This document shows positions 1-14,766 of a DNA stretch of 64,000 nt, one piece after another. This DNA is from Leucoraja erinacea. Taxonomy: Eukaryota. The DNA lies in assembly GCF_028641065.1 (NCBI RefSeq), contig NC_073403.1, forward strand, positions 16,058,001 through 16,122,000. The letters are read 5' to 3'. Made by a program: the position numbers and the translations under genes. Under the pieces are notes generated by a model. That model saw only the letters and a program-made list of their open reading frames with translations, did no database searches and was not told the origin of the DNA. Numbering within the stretch: the stretch's first letter is position 1; each line of letters starts with the position of its first letter.

Positions 1-72
1 GATCATATTGAATGGCGGTGCAGGCTCGAAAGGCCGAATGGCCTACTCCTGCACCTAATTTCTATGTTTCTA
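1..72 (+). mobile_element. CR1 LINE 3' end
   Basis: gaatggcctactcctgcaccta..ttctatgtttcta tail, the same as the 3' ends of CR1 copies elsewhere in the window. Confidence 0.75.
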
Positions 73-143
73 AGTGCTTTGGAGCTGATTTAAAAATATA
101 TATATATTATTAACTAAATAAATAAATAAATAAACCAGTTTGA

Positions 144-1016
<873 letters not shown>

Positions 1017-4000
1017 AGTTTTCTGATCTGTTTATTTTATTCAGAGGGTTTTATTTTGTTCTATTTAAGATTAATTTACTTGTTACAATATCTTGCAAAT
1101 TAAATTATGCAGCTCTTTTATGAATATAAAACCTCAACTAAATGTTTGAGGTATGTGTCGAATCAATACAATTTTTTTTATTTTTTTCACCCAGTGGTCA
1201 ATTACAGTTCTATTTTAACTCAAATTTAAATGGCGACATGTAAGTTTCTATAAAATTACTTATTTATAAAATACGATAGATTGCTCATTGGATTATAGGA
1301 TGTGTAAAGCTTCTGTGCAAGGTGTAAAGAGATTACAAGGAATGTGACATTTGGGCGAAGTGCATACATTATTGCAAATCTCGATCACTATTTAAATTGA
1401 TCATATCGTAAAAAGGAATATTTCCTGCTGTTGGATAAAGGACGTGATTGTGGATTTTGTGTATGTGCTAACTTTCAAAAAATGCTTACAGCCGTGTGAA
1501 GACTGACCATAATCATTCACATGATCTTAGTCATCAATTTTTAATAGTTAGCCAGACGAATGTCTGTTATAACAACCCACGTTCCCATTGCTGCAAACTG
1601 GCTAAGAAGCAAATGAACTGCAAGCTGTGACAGGCAGCATCTCTGAAGAGAAGGACTGGGTGACGTTTCTTCAGTCTGAAGAAGGGTCTCGACCCGAAAC
1701 GGTCACCCATTCCTTCTCTCCAGAGATGCTGCCTGTCCCGCTGAGTTAATCCAGCATTTTGTGTCTACCTTCAATTTAAACCAGCATCTGCAGTTCTTTC
1801 CTACATGAACTGCAAGCTGTAAAGGGTATGCAGTAAGGTCCCTTTGTTAGAAAATCTTGTCCTAAAGAAAATATTGTCATGGGATTGCTTTTGCCCAACT
1901 TATTGGGGAAATCTATTTTTCCTCAAATGTGGGTTAGATGTTTGCATTTAATTGTTGCCCTGTTTTCACATCGGTCTTAAGCAAAGCTTTGGATTTGTAA
2001 AGTGAGTTTTTTGTGCCCCACTGACTGCTTCATTGTATCGTCCATTTTTTAATTACAAAGGACCTGCCCTTAAGCCTAATGGTTTTGCTTACTTAGCATC
2101 TCACGTGGGACATTGGTGTGGGAACCCATGATCTACCAATCCATGGCATTTGTGCATTACAGCATCAACAAGCTGTGCACCGAATATCTCCAGTCTTCTT
2201 GCTGTATCATTCTGTACTTTTGCCTTGCAAATTAGCTTTGTACATGTCAGCATATTGGGCATGGCATATGATGTAACTGACTACTGTAAGCACCCTGTGT
2301 TTGATCAAGGGTGTGACATTTTCTTTAATTTCTTAAGTTTCAGTTGCTCTTGCTAACAAGAGGATCTGTTACATGATTGTTATGATCGGATTGTTATATG
2401 TGATTATTTAAGGTATCTTTACTTCAAATCATTTATTTGTTTATATATATATATATTTCAGATGTAATATATTCAATTAATCATATGTTGAATGTCGAGG
2501 ATGTCATGGGAAATCTATTTTATCCTGGCTTTTTTTTGCTTAAGTATTATTCATGTTCGTATTTTACTGTTTTTTTGGTAAACACTGTACTCTCATCCAT
2601 AGCATTTTAAGTGAATATGTAGGACAGAGTATTTTGTGTTTTGGGTCATTTTCTGTACTGTAATCCTGTCTCTCTAAATGATTTTACAAACTCTATGTTT
2701 TAATCGTTAAGTGTAATTAATGGCTTATTTGAGAGGTCATTGAAAATGGAATCAATTGATAATGGTCATGCACTGGTTATCCCAAACCTGAGGTAAACTC
2801 TGTCCCTCAGTCACTAGATAAAATGTGCACATTTTCAAAGTCCTTGGTTATACTGAGCAAAATATGGGTGAGAGATATACCGTTCTTTTGAAACATATGA
2901 AATACATATTACACTAGGACACTGGAATACAAAAAATCCTTGCAACATGGCAATGCCCAGAAGGAACTGCTTGATCATTGGCACGTGTCGGGTCCACATC
3001 CTGACTCCTGTCAACGCAACCAATATGGCCACCAAGCATCCTTGGTCTTGGATATTACGTTGCCCTTTAAAAAGCTTTTTTTTTTTAATGTAGATTATGA
3101 CTTTGCATCTAGATTCAAATCATATTTCAGGCCATGGATGGCCTGAAATATGTTGGTTGCATATGTTGGAAATATGTAGGATGTTGGTTGCTTATGAGCT
3201 GCTTGAGATGAGTTCATTCACTCATAAGGGTTGTTCCCCTTACTACAATTTTGCATCTCCCTTACGGATGTGTTTATTAACTTTAGTTACAGTGGTTGCT
3301 GCAAAACCTTGATGCAGTTGCTGCTAACAGCGTTGGGTGTGCTTTCTGTCTCCTGCTGATAATGTCCCTGCTGCTAGAAGTGTATGTTGGCTTTACCTAT
3401 GTGGCTGCTGCTCTATGCAACCCCTTCCCTGTCCCCAATCTCCCCCGTCCCACCCAACTTCTGGGATTGACAATAGAGGAACAAGTGTGCAATATTCAAT
3501 GTCCTTGGAATGGTGACATTTTTTTCCCCCAGGTAGTGGCTGCTTGTTTTGCAGCACTAATAGAAATGTCAACCTTTGTTTAACATCCTCTAGTAGTTTC
3601 TCCAGGTTACCATTTAAGTCTGTTTGATTGATTTTGTTTGCAGTGCAGTATGAAACAGGAAGGCTATAGTTTGAGCTCCTGATTCCGCAGGTTAGAGGTT
3701 ACTGTGTTTGTGTCCTAAACTGTCAAATCATCTGTATTTGGATTTTTAAAGCATATTAGATTTAAGGATGCAATTGAGTGAGGTTGGCACTGATCCATGT
3801 AGTTTATATTGTACTTTTGCTGCTACTCTGGGTCTCGACACCCAATTATAGACATACCATCGAGCTGTCACTGTGAGACTGCTGCTCTTTGAGATATATA
3901 ACGACATGCCTCCATCTGACTGTCTAGATTAGCATCAAAGGTCCCTGGTGTTCAGACCTGTTTTTCCCACCAGTCAGCACCATCTAAACACATTAACCAG

Positions 4001-5921
4001 TTAAACATCTGTTTGATGTGTGGAAGGTTTGCTGTTACTAGTTTACCACACCTCACCATACCATGGTGGTTCATGGTTGGACAGTGCATTGGATGTCATT
4101 TTTGATGAGAAACTGTGCAAATTTTCTTTCCAAAGATGAATTGCACAGTGTTGTTTTCAAGCTCAGTAAGGAAAGATTGTCTAAAATATTTTGAACTGAT
4201 TTTGTTGATTACAGATGCTACCATGCTCCTACATTAGAAAAAAAAAACCTGTACTTGCATTAAATCCTCGACATACAGTTTTCCTGTCCAACATGGTTTA
4301 GTAATACAGTTGTAATCCGCAAAGCATACGTTTGGAACACAATAACAGAAAATGCTATAAATACATTGCAGTTCAGGCAGCATCGGTGGACACTACCACA
4401 CAATGTAGACGTGGGAGCTCTCCAAGCCTCCTCTACCATTTAACCTATGCTTCTGTGAATCGTCAGCCTGTCCTGGATCCCTTTGTCTAAATATATTGTC
4501 ACCTGGGAAAGTTTCCAGTTGATAACCCGTAGCCTTTGATCAGTGCTGTCTAATCCAACTACTTCCAGTGTTTTATATTTAGATTTTCCAATGTCCACAT
4601 TATTTTGCCTTGGTTTAAACTGGAACATTAAGCTAATTCTTGTTTCCAAAAATAAAAGTATGTGTTTATTTATTTAATTAAATGTGGTCAACTCGTTCTA
4701 CTTCATTCTGCATGAGAGTGAAGACCAAATTTGGCATGGTGGTGAGGCGATGGTTCGGTAGTTCCAGACTTTAACATTTTTGCTCAGTTTCTACTTGACA
4801 GCCCCAGAGTTAATAATCACAAGTTCATTTTATGCTATTAGTTTTAGTAATTTAGTTTAGCTCCATTACATATCGAGATAGTATCAAGGGAAGACTATAA
4901 CATGCCTTGACTCACCAAAAGATAAGTAACACAATCAAGATAAGATAAATAAGCAGTGCTGCTTTCTTTAAATTTAACTATGCAGTCAGTATGGGAAAAC
5001 ATTTAGCAGAGACCTTTGCTAATAGTTCCATCCAAAACAAAAAGCTTGACCTTGCATTCTTTGCAAATAAATGTTTATGAAATCAGCACCTCACCATAAA
5101 ATGGCAACAGGACCAAGACCAAATGACTTTGTTGCAATTCTGGAATAAACTTAATTTCTCTGACATTCAAATCTTTAATCATATCTAGGTTATGAATTTC
5201 AGGATGATGGTGAAAGTTGTGGAATGTAATTGTATATACATGAGGTAAATGTATATTTTGGGGTTTATTGTAAAATTATGCAGTAGTGTATCTGGCATGA
5301 ATTATAGTTGTATGTAATTCTAAATGTAAGGAATAAAATTATTTGCATTCTGTTTGTATTACTGTAATTAATGTTTGATCTATTTCTAATGCACAATAAA
5401 AATCAGGCAATGGGTGCCAGTCTGCCCTGGTTGAGTCCAGGTGTTGTGAATTGATATCTCGTGACACTTCCTTTCATTTGAAATGTCAGGTAGATGTTTG
5501 ACATTTAATACTCTCCACATTTATAATGCATTGCAAATCATTTCCAAAATCACCTGTAAAGTTGGCTTACAAATGGCAGAGATTTCACTGCAGGTTCTCT
5601 TAATAAAAGGATGACACTCCACCTATTCTCTGATTTCACAAACAAATCCATGTCTTCTTCCTCTTGTTCCAATTATGTAGGTGACATATTTGTTGAGTTT
5701 GGAATATTTACATCTGTGTGCATTGTACTGCACAAATGCTCTGGAATCCAACAACACTAACTACAAATGGCAATAGTGCAGTAGTTCAGGACTCCATTAT
5801 TTCTTCAGAAAAATTGTTGTTTTCTTTCATGCAATCATGATTGCTGCTTGGATTTTTTTACTCTTGTGGATTTTTTTTTTTTCCCCAGTCGTCGATCGAC
5901 TTCAGCACATCCTGCAAACAA

Positions 5922-6338
5922 ATAGGATACCAACCTGACCTCCCGGTGGGTCAGCACTTCAATTCCCCCTCCCATTCCGTATCCGACCTCTCTGTCCTGG
6001 GCCTCCTCCACGGCCAGAGTGAGCAACACCGGAAATTGGAGGAACAGCACCTCGTATTCCGCTTGGGGAGTCTGCATCCCGGTGGCATGAACTTTGAATT
6101 CTCACAATTCTGTTATCCCTTGCTGTCTCCTCCCCTTCCTACCTCTCCCTCAGCCCTCGGGCTCCTCCTTTTTCCTTTATTCTCCCCGCCTCCCCCCACC
6201 CCCATCAGTCTGAAGAAGGGTTTTGGCCCGAAACCTTACCTATTTCTTTCGCTCCATGGATGCTGCTGCACCCGATGAGTTTCTCCAGCATTTTTGTCTA
6301 CCTTGATTTTCCAGCATCTGCAGTAACTTCTTAAACAA
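5922..6338 (+). mobile_element. Penelope-like element 3' fragment (GIY-YIG C-terminus plus 3' end)
   Basis: QPDLPVGQHFNSPSHS..EQHRKLEEQHLVFRLGSLHPGGMN. Confidence 0.85.
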
Positions 6339-6489
6339 ATAGGATAGATTGGTGGCCTGCCCATGCCTTTTGAAAATCATGTAAAGGACTTAAACAATGT
6401 AAATTCTGAACTGTTAAAGTTTAATTGTCAGTGTAAAGTTTTATTGCTGGGCAAAAATCTTTTTCCAAGCAAAACCTCAGATATATATT

Positions 6490-7548
6490 GTTTAAGAAGG
6501 AACTGCAGATGCTGGAACATCGAAGGTACACAAAAAAGCTGAAGAAACTCAGCGGGTGCAGCAGCATCTATGGAGCGAAGGAAATAGGCAAGGTTTCGGA
6601 CCGAAACTCTTCTTCAGACTGATGGGGGGGTCGGGGAGAAGAAAGGAAAAAGGAGGAGGAGCTCGAAGGCTGGGGGATGGGAGGAGACAGCAGGAGGGCT
6701 GAGGAAGGGGAGGAGACAGCAAGGACTAACAAAATTGGGTGAATTCAATGTTCATGCCCCCAGGATGCAGACTCCCCAAGCGAAATATGAGGTGCTGTTC
6801 CTCCAATTTCCTGTGTTGCTCGCTCAGGCCATGGAGGAGACCCAGGACAGAGAGGTCTGATACGGAGTGAGAGGGGGAGTTGAAGTACTGAGCCACCGGG
6901 AGATCAGGTTGGTTATTGCGGAGGTGTTCGGCGAAACAATCGCCCAACCTCCGCTTGGTCTCACCGATATAGATCTGCTGACATCTAGAGCAGCGGATGC
7001 AATAGATGAGGTTGGAGGAGATGCAGGTAAATCTCTGTCGCACCTAGAATGACTGCTTGGGTTCTTGAATGGAGTCGAGGGGGGAGGTAAAGGGACAAGT
7101 GTTGTATCTCTTGCGGTTCGCCGAACACCTCCGCTCGGTCCGCAATAACCAACCTAACCTCCCGGTGGCTCAGCACTTCAACTCCCCCTCCCATCCGTAT
7201 CCGACCTCTCTGTCCTGGGTCTCCTCCATGGTCAGAGCGAGCAACACCGGAAATTGGAGGAACAGTACCTCATATTCCGCTTGGGGAGTCTGCATCCTGG
7301 GGGCATGAACATTGAATTCTCCCAATTTTGTTAGTCCTTGCTGTCTCCTCCACTTCCTCAGCCCTCCTGCTGTCTTCTTCCATCCCCCAGCTTTCGGGCT
7401 CCTCCTTTTTCCTTTATTCTCCCTGCCCCCCCCCCCCCCCCACCCCTCATCAGTCTGAAGAAGGGTTTCGGCCCGAAACGTTGCCTATTTCCTTCGCTCC
7501 ATAGATGCTGCTGCACCCGCTGAGTTTCTCCAGCTTTTTTGTGTACCT
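6490..7548. mobile_element. Penelope-like element, inverted pair (- copy ~6490-7115, + copy ~7113-7548) with flanking duplication
   Basis: GIY-YIG endonuclease frame 6726-7043 (-): NLIYCIRCSRCQQIYIGETKRRL..EH; acctcagatatatatt at 6474-6489 and 7545-7560. Confidence 0.88.
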
Positions 7549-9550
7549 CAGATATATATTACTGTTTAAAATTAAAACGTGATGTAAATGTATGATTTAA
7601 TTAAATATTTCTGTTAAAACAGGAAATAAAAGCAATGGTGTGGTCAAATCATTTTGTCTTGGTCAATCTTTCCAGCTATAGTAATCCATAATAATAATTT
7701 TAAAAAGGTAAAGCAAAATGTTTTAGTCAGAGCAATTAACTTGCTACCATTTGAAACCGTTTGGAAACGGCCACTGTAAGTGCCTGGAGGTCTCTTCCAT
7801 GTAACATTTCAGAATAGAGGGAGAGTAAAGATCACTGGACACTTTAGGCTTGTTATTTGACAAGTAAGTTATAATAAGAAAATATGCTGCAACTGTTTAT
7901 TTGCTGTGGTTGTGATGTCAGATTCTGATGTAATTCCTTAAATCTAAAGAACTATTGTCAGTTTCAAGCTAGTCTTATAGCAATTTTGTTTGAAACAAAG
8001 ACTTTTTCACTAATTTTACACTGCCTTTAGGCTAAGCTTTGGTCAATTGTGGTTCCTGTCGGTTTAATTTACCCGCTGAATCTGATTTGTTTTATAATGC
8101 CCACTGTGTGGAAATTAGTGTTGTTGCTCAAGCTAGAGCTGCATTGTACACGCTGTTCTCCTGGGGGAATAATCTCTGCAGTTGTGAATATCTGCTCATA
8201 TGCTGTCTCGTGATTATTTTTACAACATTTTAATGTTATTGTGCAATCACCCACTGTTGAGAATTTTGTTCTACAGCGACCACTACCATCTGCTGACTGA
8301 TGTACTGCAGGTAATACCAAGATCTAGTTCACGTGGGAAGGGCAGCAATAACGTTCAGAAACTTACTGAAAATGTTTTTTTTTTAAACTGGATCTGCTGT
8401 ATCCAGTGAGAGATGAATAATAATATTTCAGATCCAGGGCCTTAAATCAGAACTTAGTTATAGTTAATCAGTCTGAAGAAATGGCCTGAAACATCCTGTT
8501 CATTCCCTCCACATATGCTGCCTGGCCTACTTTCTCAAACTTTGCTTTACTTGCATTATAGTTAACATTAGCTACACTCAACTATACCGTTTGTTTTACA
8601 GTTAAAAACATATTTTATTGCTGTTAGAGACTATGGCATATCATTGTCCTTTAGGTTGCTTAAGGTAATGGCAACTTAATTTTAAATCCTAAAGTTAAAA
8701 AATATTTTTTGTAATAATTCAATTTTTTTCGAGGTGCCTGTATGCTTATACCATCACGAAAAATGCATTGACTATATTAATGATTTGGCTGAGAATGTAG
8801 TGGACATAGTTAATGACTTTGAATGACCCCCCCAAACTTGGTGGACTAAGGGACAGTGAAGAAGGTTATCGAAGATTACAACAGGATTGAGGTAAACTAT
8901 GAGAGTAGGCCAAGGAATGGCAGATGGAGTAACCAGGACAGTGTGAAGTTCCCTAAATCAAGCCAGGTCTTTCACAGTAAATGTCAGGGCCAGGGAGAGT
9001 GATGTTGAACATAGGGACCCGAGGGTACAAGTATGTATAGGAAGGAACTGCAGATGCTGGTTTTCATCGAAGATATACAAAATCCTGGAGTAACTTAGGA
9101 CAAGCACCATCTCTGGAGAAAAGGAATGGACGATATTCAGCGTTGAGACATTTCTTCAGTTCAAGTTGAGTTCTCTGAAAGTGACAGCACAGGATCATGA
9201 AAGTGTTTGACAGGTGGCATTCTCAGAAAGCACTGCTTTAAGTTAGTGATTTTCCATTTTCCATAATAACGTTAAGCCACATTATCTGTGCGTGCTTCAA
9301 TAAACGTAATATACATGATATACATTGTTGTTGACCTGATCTGCTGTGTGTGTATGTAGATATGCTTTTTTCTCGTTTATTATATTGTTTACAATGTATT
9401 ATGTTTCCATATTCAGTTGTGCTGCTGCAAGAAAGAATGTTACCGTTCTATGTAGGACATATGACAATCAAACAGTCGAGTTCCTCCAGCGTTTTGATTT
9501 TTCCTCAGGATTCTGGCATCTGCAGCTTCTTGGTGCAGTCCTGCAACAAA

Positions 9551-9638
9551 GGAAGTGACGTCGCGGGGAGTCGGCCAAAGGTCAGCGGGACCGGCCGAGC
9601 TTCCTCTACTGCTGGCGGCGGCCATCAAGCAGCAGCCG
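9551..9638 (+). promoter_or_regulatory. RPL27: RPL27 promoter and non-coding exon 1 (5'TOP start)
   Basis: GGAAGTGACGTC (ETS/GABP plus CRE-like) at 9551-9562, pyrimidine tract CTTCCTCT at ~9600, YY1-like GCGGCCATC, donor CCG|GTAAC at 9639, CpG-rich 9550-9900. Confidence 0.75.
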
Positions 9639-10546
9639 GTAACGCCACCCTTCTCAATCCGCCGCCATCCTCCGCTCCGCGGCCCCGCTACCCCCTCGTC
9701 GCACCCGGCCCGCGGCCGCACCCACCCCCTCCTCACACCCGGACAAGTATTGCGCGGCTCCGTGTCGGTTTATGTGGTGGATGCGAGGTTTTATGTCGGG
9801 GCCTCTGCGGGCCGAGCTACGGCACCAAGCCGCGGGCTGGAGCCGGCGCTTCACTGCTATCGTTGCCCCGGAGGCCGGGCAGCGGGCTCCCGTGTCAATG
9901 AGTGTAGGAAGGAACCGCAGACGCTGGTTTAAACCGACGATAGACACAAAATGCTGGTTCCTTCAATCCAGAGATGCTGCCTGAGCCGCTGAGTTACTCC
10001 AGCATCTTGCGTTCATCTCGCCGTGGATCAGCCCCTCACGTCGCTGCTGGGCTGGGCAACGCAGTCAGTGCTCGGAGGGCAGAGACTGCAGCCGTTGGAA
10101 CCTGGAGCAAAACCCACAGTGTAGGAGGATCTCATTAAGCAGCATGTGTGGAGGGAAATGCAACCCACGTTGGTTCAAAGACCTGCACTGACACCAATGC
10201 ACTGACGAAAACATGCTGCAACTGGGAAGGCGTCAAACTTTAACTGAGTTGAGGGGGAGGGGGGGGAGAGATATAGAAGTGAGTGCAAGACCTGTGGAAA
10301 GACCTGCCAGAAGGGTCTCGACCCGAAACGTCACCCATTCCTTCTCTCCAGAGATGCCGCCTGTTCCGCTGAGTTACTCCAGCATTTTGTGTCTACCCTC
10401 AGTGATAGATGGATCAGGTGGAGGGCTTCATCGGCAGATGAGTAAGGTGGATAGAGATTGGTACTAAGGGATGAGTGCAGCTTGTGTGCCTATTTAGAAA
10501 GATATTTCATAGTAACCATGTAACACTTATAGTGTCCTTTTATCAT

Positions 10547-10790
10547 GGGGGCGGTCACAGTGGCACAGCGGTAGAGCTGCCGTCTTACAGCAAAATGCAG
10601 CGCCAGAGACCCGGGTTTGATCCCGACTACGGGTGCTGTCTGTATGGAGTTTGTACGTTCTCCCCGTGATCTGCATGGGTTTTCTCTGAGATCTTCGGTT
10701 TCCTCCCACACACCAAAGACGTACAGATTTGTAGGTTAATTGGCTTGTAAAAATGTAAAAATTGTCCAGTATAAAATTGTCCAGTGCCGA
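10547..10790 (+). mobile_element. tRNA-derived V-SINE (HE1-like)
   Basis: A-box/B-box-like head (gtggcacagcggtagag..gggtttgatccc) and V-domain (ggagtttgtacgttctccccgtg..ggtttcctcccac). Related copies at ~25845-26115, ~31652-31985 and ~59270-59570 (-). Confidence 0.75.
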
Positions 10791-11434
10791 GTGATGCGCT
10801 ACCTCGAGCTTTTCAGCGTACTACATACAGATCCAGACCTGCTAGGCTGTGTCCCTCCCTCACCTCTCTTCCAGTTTTTCCCCCCTACTCCCATCAGTCT
10901 GAAGACTTGCCCAGGCCTGACACATCGTCCATCCATTTCCCTCCCAAGATGCTGCCTGACCCGCTGAGTTCCTCCGGCACCTTGTGCTTGGCTCAAGATT
11001 ACAGCACATGCTTATGTCCCATTGGCTAAAATCAGGATGATTGAGCAAGCTGTGGTGAAGAACATTCACGTTTATTTCTCACCTTTCAACCTGTCCCAAA
11101 GCACCCTGCAGTCAGTGAAGTGTGGTGTTTGTCAGCTAATTGTCTGCTCCTCTTAAATAGCAGTTTGATGATAATAATAATAAATTAAATATCTTCAATT
11201 TGAGGGATAAATATCAGCCAGAAGATGAGGCATGAAACCGCTCAACCATTCGGCATCACTTTTGCTCTTTGTAAGAGTCCAGTGGGATCTTGAGAGGGCC
11301 CTGTTTGACCTGCTGTGTTGCAGCGGTTTCTCGGTGCAGGTTTTTGAGCCCAGGTTGGTTGCCGTTCTAAAGCCATCTGGAACAGCTTTGTGCACTGGAA
11401 GAACTTCCTACTTCTCAAGAGTTATAAGTTTTGA

Positions 11435-11602
<168 letters not shown>

Positions 11603-12517
11603 TAAATTTCATTATTAGAAGAATTTCACAGCTATCGATAACATTTCCATTTGTAAAATCATTGATATTTATACTGGTTTTCAAGGGATTTGCAATCCAC
11701 AAAGAACTTTTACTTTACGACTTAATTTTTATGCAGTAAAATAGTTTTAGCTGGATTTGGTTAATAAGAATTTCTGCTAAGGTGGTTTTTGTGGGGAAGG
11801 CTGTCAAAGCATACAGCGGAATACAGATAAGCTACAGTTATAGGTAAAGAAAAGGTGATTACTCCAAGCAAGTGTGAGGTGTTGCACTTTTGAAGATTGA
11901 ATGTAAGGGGAAAGTATATCCATTGTCAGTGGAAAGACCCTTAAAAGCATTGATGTACACTGGAATCTTGAAGAACAAGTCCATAACTCATTAAATTTGG
12001 CAATACAAGTAGATTGTGTGGTAAAGAAGACGCGTGATATGCTTGCTTCATTGGTCTGGGCATTGAGTAGAAGTGTCAGTAAGTCATGTTGCAGCTTTAA
12101 AACTTCAGTTAAACCACAATTTGATTAGTACTGGTGTCAGAGGTTATGGGGAGAAGGCATGAGAATGGGGTTAGGAGGGAGAGATAGATCAGCCATGATT
12201 GAAAGGCGGAGTAGATTTATTGGGTCTACTCCTATCCCGTGTGACTTGTGACAATGAGTATTGTGTGTAGTTCTGGTCACCCCATTACAGGAAAGACAGG
12301 GAGGCTTTGGAGAGGGTGTTGGGGTGAGGAGGCAGATGCATTGGTGATGTTTAGAGGCTTTTAGATGTGTGCTTGGATATGTAGGGAATGGAAAGATATG
12401 GATCATGTGCAGGCGATCAGTTTAACTTGGGATTATTCTCAACAGACATCATGGGCCAAAATAACCTATTCCTGTGCTGTATTGTTCCATGTTCTATGAA
12501 ATGTGTTTATCTTGTAG

Positions 12518-12688
<171 letters not shown>

Positions 12689-13213
12689 TGAGTGCTTCAA
12701 TGGTTATTTTATTGTCAAGTGTACCAAAGATAAATTGTATTTTTTGCATATAGATCCGTGCGATTATTGCCATACATAAACACAATCCCTGATTAAGTAT
12801 CCCATGCATACAAACTACCTGCTGAGTCAAAATACAATAGTCGCCAGATTTTGGAGCCATTTTACACAGTCCGTAAAGGCCAGTTGAAGCCATCACCTCG
12901 TTCAATTTGGCAGCAAGCCATCCTTCTCGTATTTCCTGCCTTCATTTGATTAAAAAATTTCCTACTGTAGTGCTGTGTTCCAAAATGCCTTTGGGGCCAC
13001 TAGATTAGTCACGGGCAGAAGGGCTTAAGTTTACACAGGGTGCTTGAGTAACTCAGCATGTCATGGTCACTGGAGCACATGGATAGGTGATATTTCTGGT
13101 CACGACCCTTCTTCAGACCCAGAGGATCAAGTGTCTAAAGAAGGATCTTGACCCGAAACATCACCTATCCATGTTCTCCAGAGATGCTGCTTGACTCTCT
13201 GAGTTACTTTGTG

Positions 13214-13975
13214 CAGAGCTGCCAAGTAGTTAGGATTTTCCCTATTTTGTACGGAAATGCGATCAGAATACGGATGTACGGATTTGCTTTGTAAATTACA
13301 GATTTTTTTAAAATCTGCGCGACTTCCTGTTTCATCTTGCTGCTTAACAAAATGCAAGGATATAAAAAGTCATACTGTACCTCTAAAAATTATAGCAGAC
13401 TAAATCTATTAGCGTTTTAAATTTCAAGATCTGGAAGTTTTGATCGGCCTGTTCCGCTCCAGGTTTAAACAGCGCTGTTAGTTTAACGTGTGGGAATATG
13501 AACAGTGCTATGAGTTCTAAAAATAGCGCTCCCAGCTGGAGCGCTATGGGCTTTACACATAGCCCTATGGCCACAGTGCTATGGGTCACAGACTGTTAGG
13601 TGAGGGAGGGAGGGAGGGAATAAGAGAGGGAGGGAGATAAAAAAGGAAAGAGAGAGGGAAGGAAATAGAGGAAGGAGCGAGAGAGATTGAGGGAGGGAGG
13701 CTTCCAAAATGGCTTCTACATCATCATCTGATGCTAAAAGCAGGAAGCAGCCATTCAAACAGCAGTATACAAAGAGATGGCAATGAATGCACTGTCAAGT
13801 AAGGTTCGTAGAAGACATGTCAATTGGTAGCAAACCTATGCATTCTTGTACTCTTACATGGGTTTGGCCGCACATAAATTAAAAAACACTTTATTTAACA
13901 AAATGGCATAGCGTAAAAATAGTGCTTTTCAGGTGCTAGAATACTGAAATGCTCTGACAAAACTTGGCAGCTCTA
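13214..13975. mobile_element. Non-autonomous DNA transposon with TIRs and 6-bp TSD, in an RPL27 intron
   Basis: CAGAGCTGCCAAGT ... ACTTGGCAGCTCTA; TTTGTG at 13208-13213 and 13976-13981; it splits a Penelope-derived repeat. Confidence 0.7.
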
Positions 13976-14288
13976 TTTGTGTTTTATTTGTAAACTGCGT
14001 TTGCAGTTCCTTGTGTCTACAGGTCTTAAGTTTAAATGGAAGAGGATAAGTTTCCAAGGTTGCAGTGTATCTGCAATCTGTCAGTGGCTCACTGAAAATG
14101 TTTTGTTTTGAATATTTTGATCAAAATGTTTTGAAAATGCAGCTAAATTAAACCGATTGACAAGAGCCTTTCACAGTTACTGCAGAATTCATCTATGCCA
14201 TCGGGTGAGAGTATTGGGTTTTACCTTAAACTGGGACTGTTTAACTAGTATTCTCCCTTTTGGTGTTAGCTGAAAGTGAAATTAGTTA

Positions 14289-14766
14289 CAGGTCCATCAC
14301 CGATTTTTCAGAAACTGGTGGCCTGACACCACCGTTAATCCAGACACAATCATGAGAGCGAGCTTGAAATCCCCCCAGGTAGCTCCCCAAAAATGTGGCG
14401 CCTTGGCCAGTTGTGCCAGCCGATCTCATTGGGACTTTCGCACCAATTGGCGGGTCGAATTTTCCCCCTACGGTCAGGGCTCTGGAACTCCGGCTCGGCC
14501 AGAGGCGGCAGATCTGTTCCCACAGCTGACTTCTGCAGCCGATTGACGGGCTGAATTTGCCCCCAGATGCTGGGGCTTTGGAATTTCAGCTCGGCTGGAG
14601 GCAGCGTACCCATAGCATGCTTTGCGTGCCGATATCTCTGCTGCCTAGGTGGCCGTTCCGGTACCATTGGACTCTCCTCGGAGGCCATGAGCTCTGTGGT
14701 TCAGCAAAACAGATAATCCAGAAAAGCTCTGGAACCAAGGAAGCCGGAATATTTGTGGTGAGCCTG
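14289..14766. mobile_element. Probable Tc1/mariner (Tigger-like) MITE
   Basis: TA|CAGGTCCATCAC ... GTGGTGAGCCTG|TA degenerate TIRs; GC-rich interior with an internal direct repeat. Confidence 0.45.

Noticed and set aside
9346-9984. Overlapping ORFs of 70-183 aa
   Set aside because: Stop-poor CpG island of the RPL27 promoter and intron 1; no recognisable protein.
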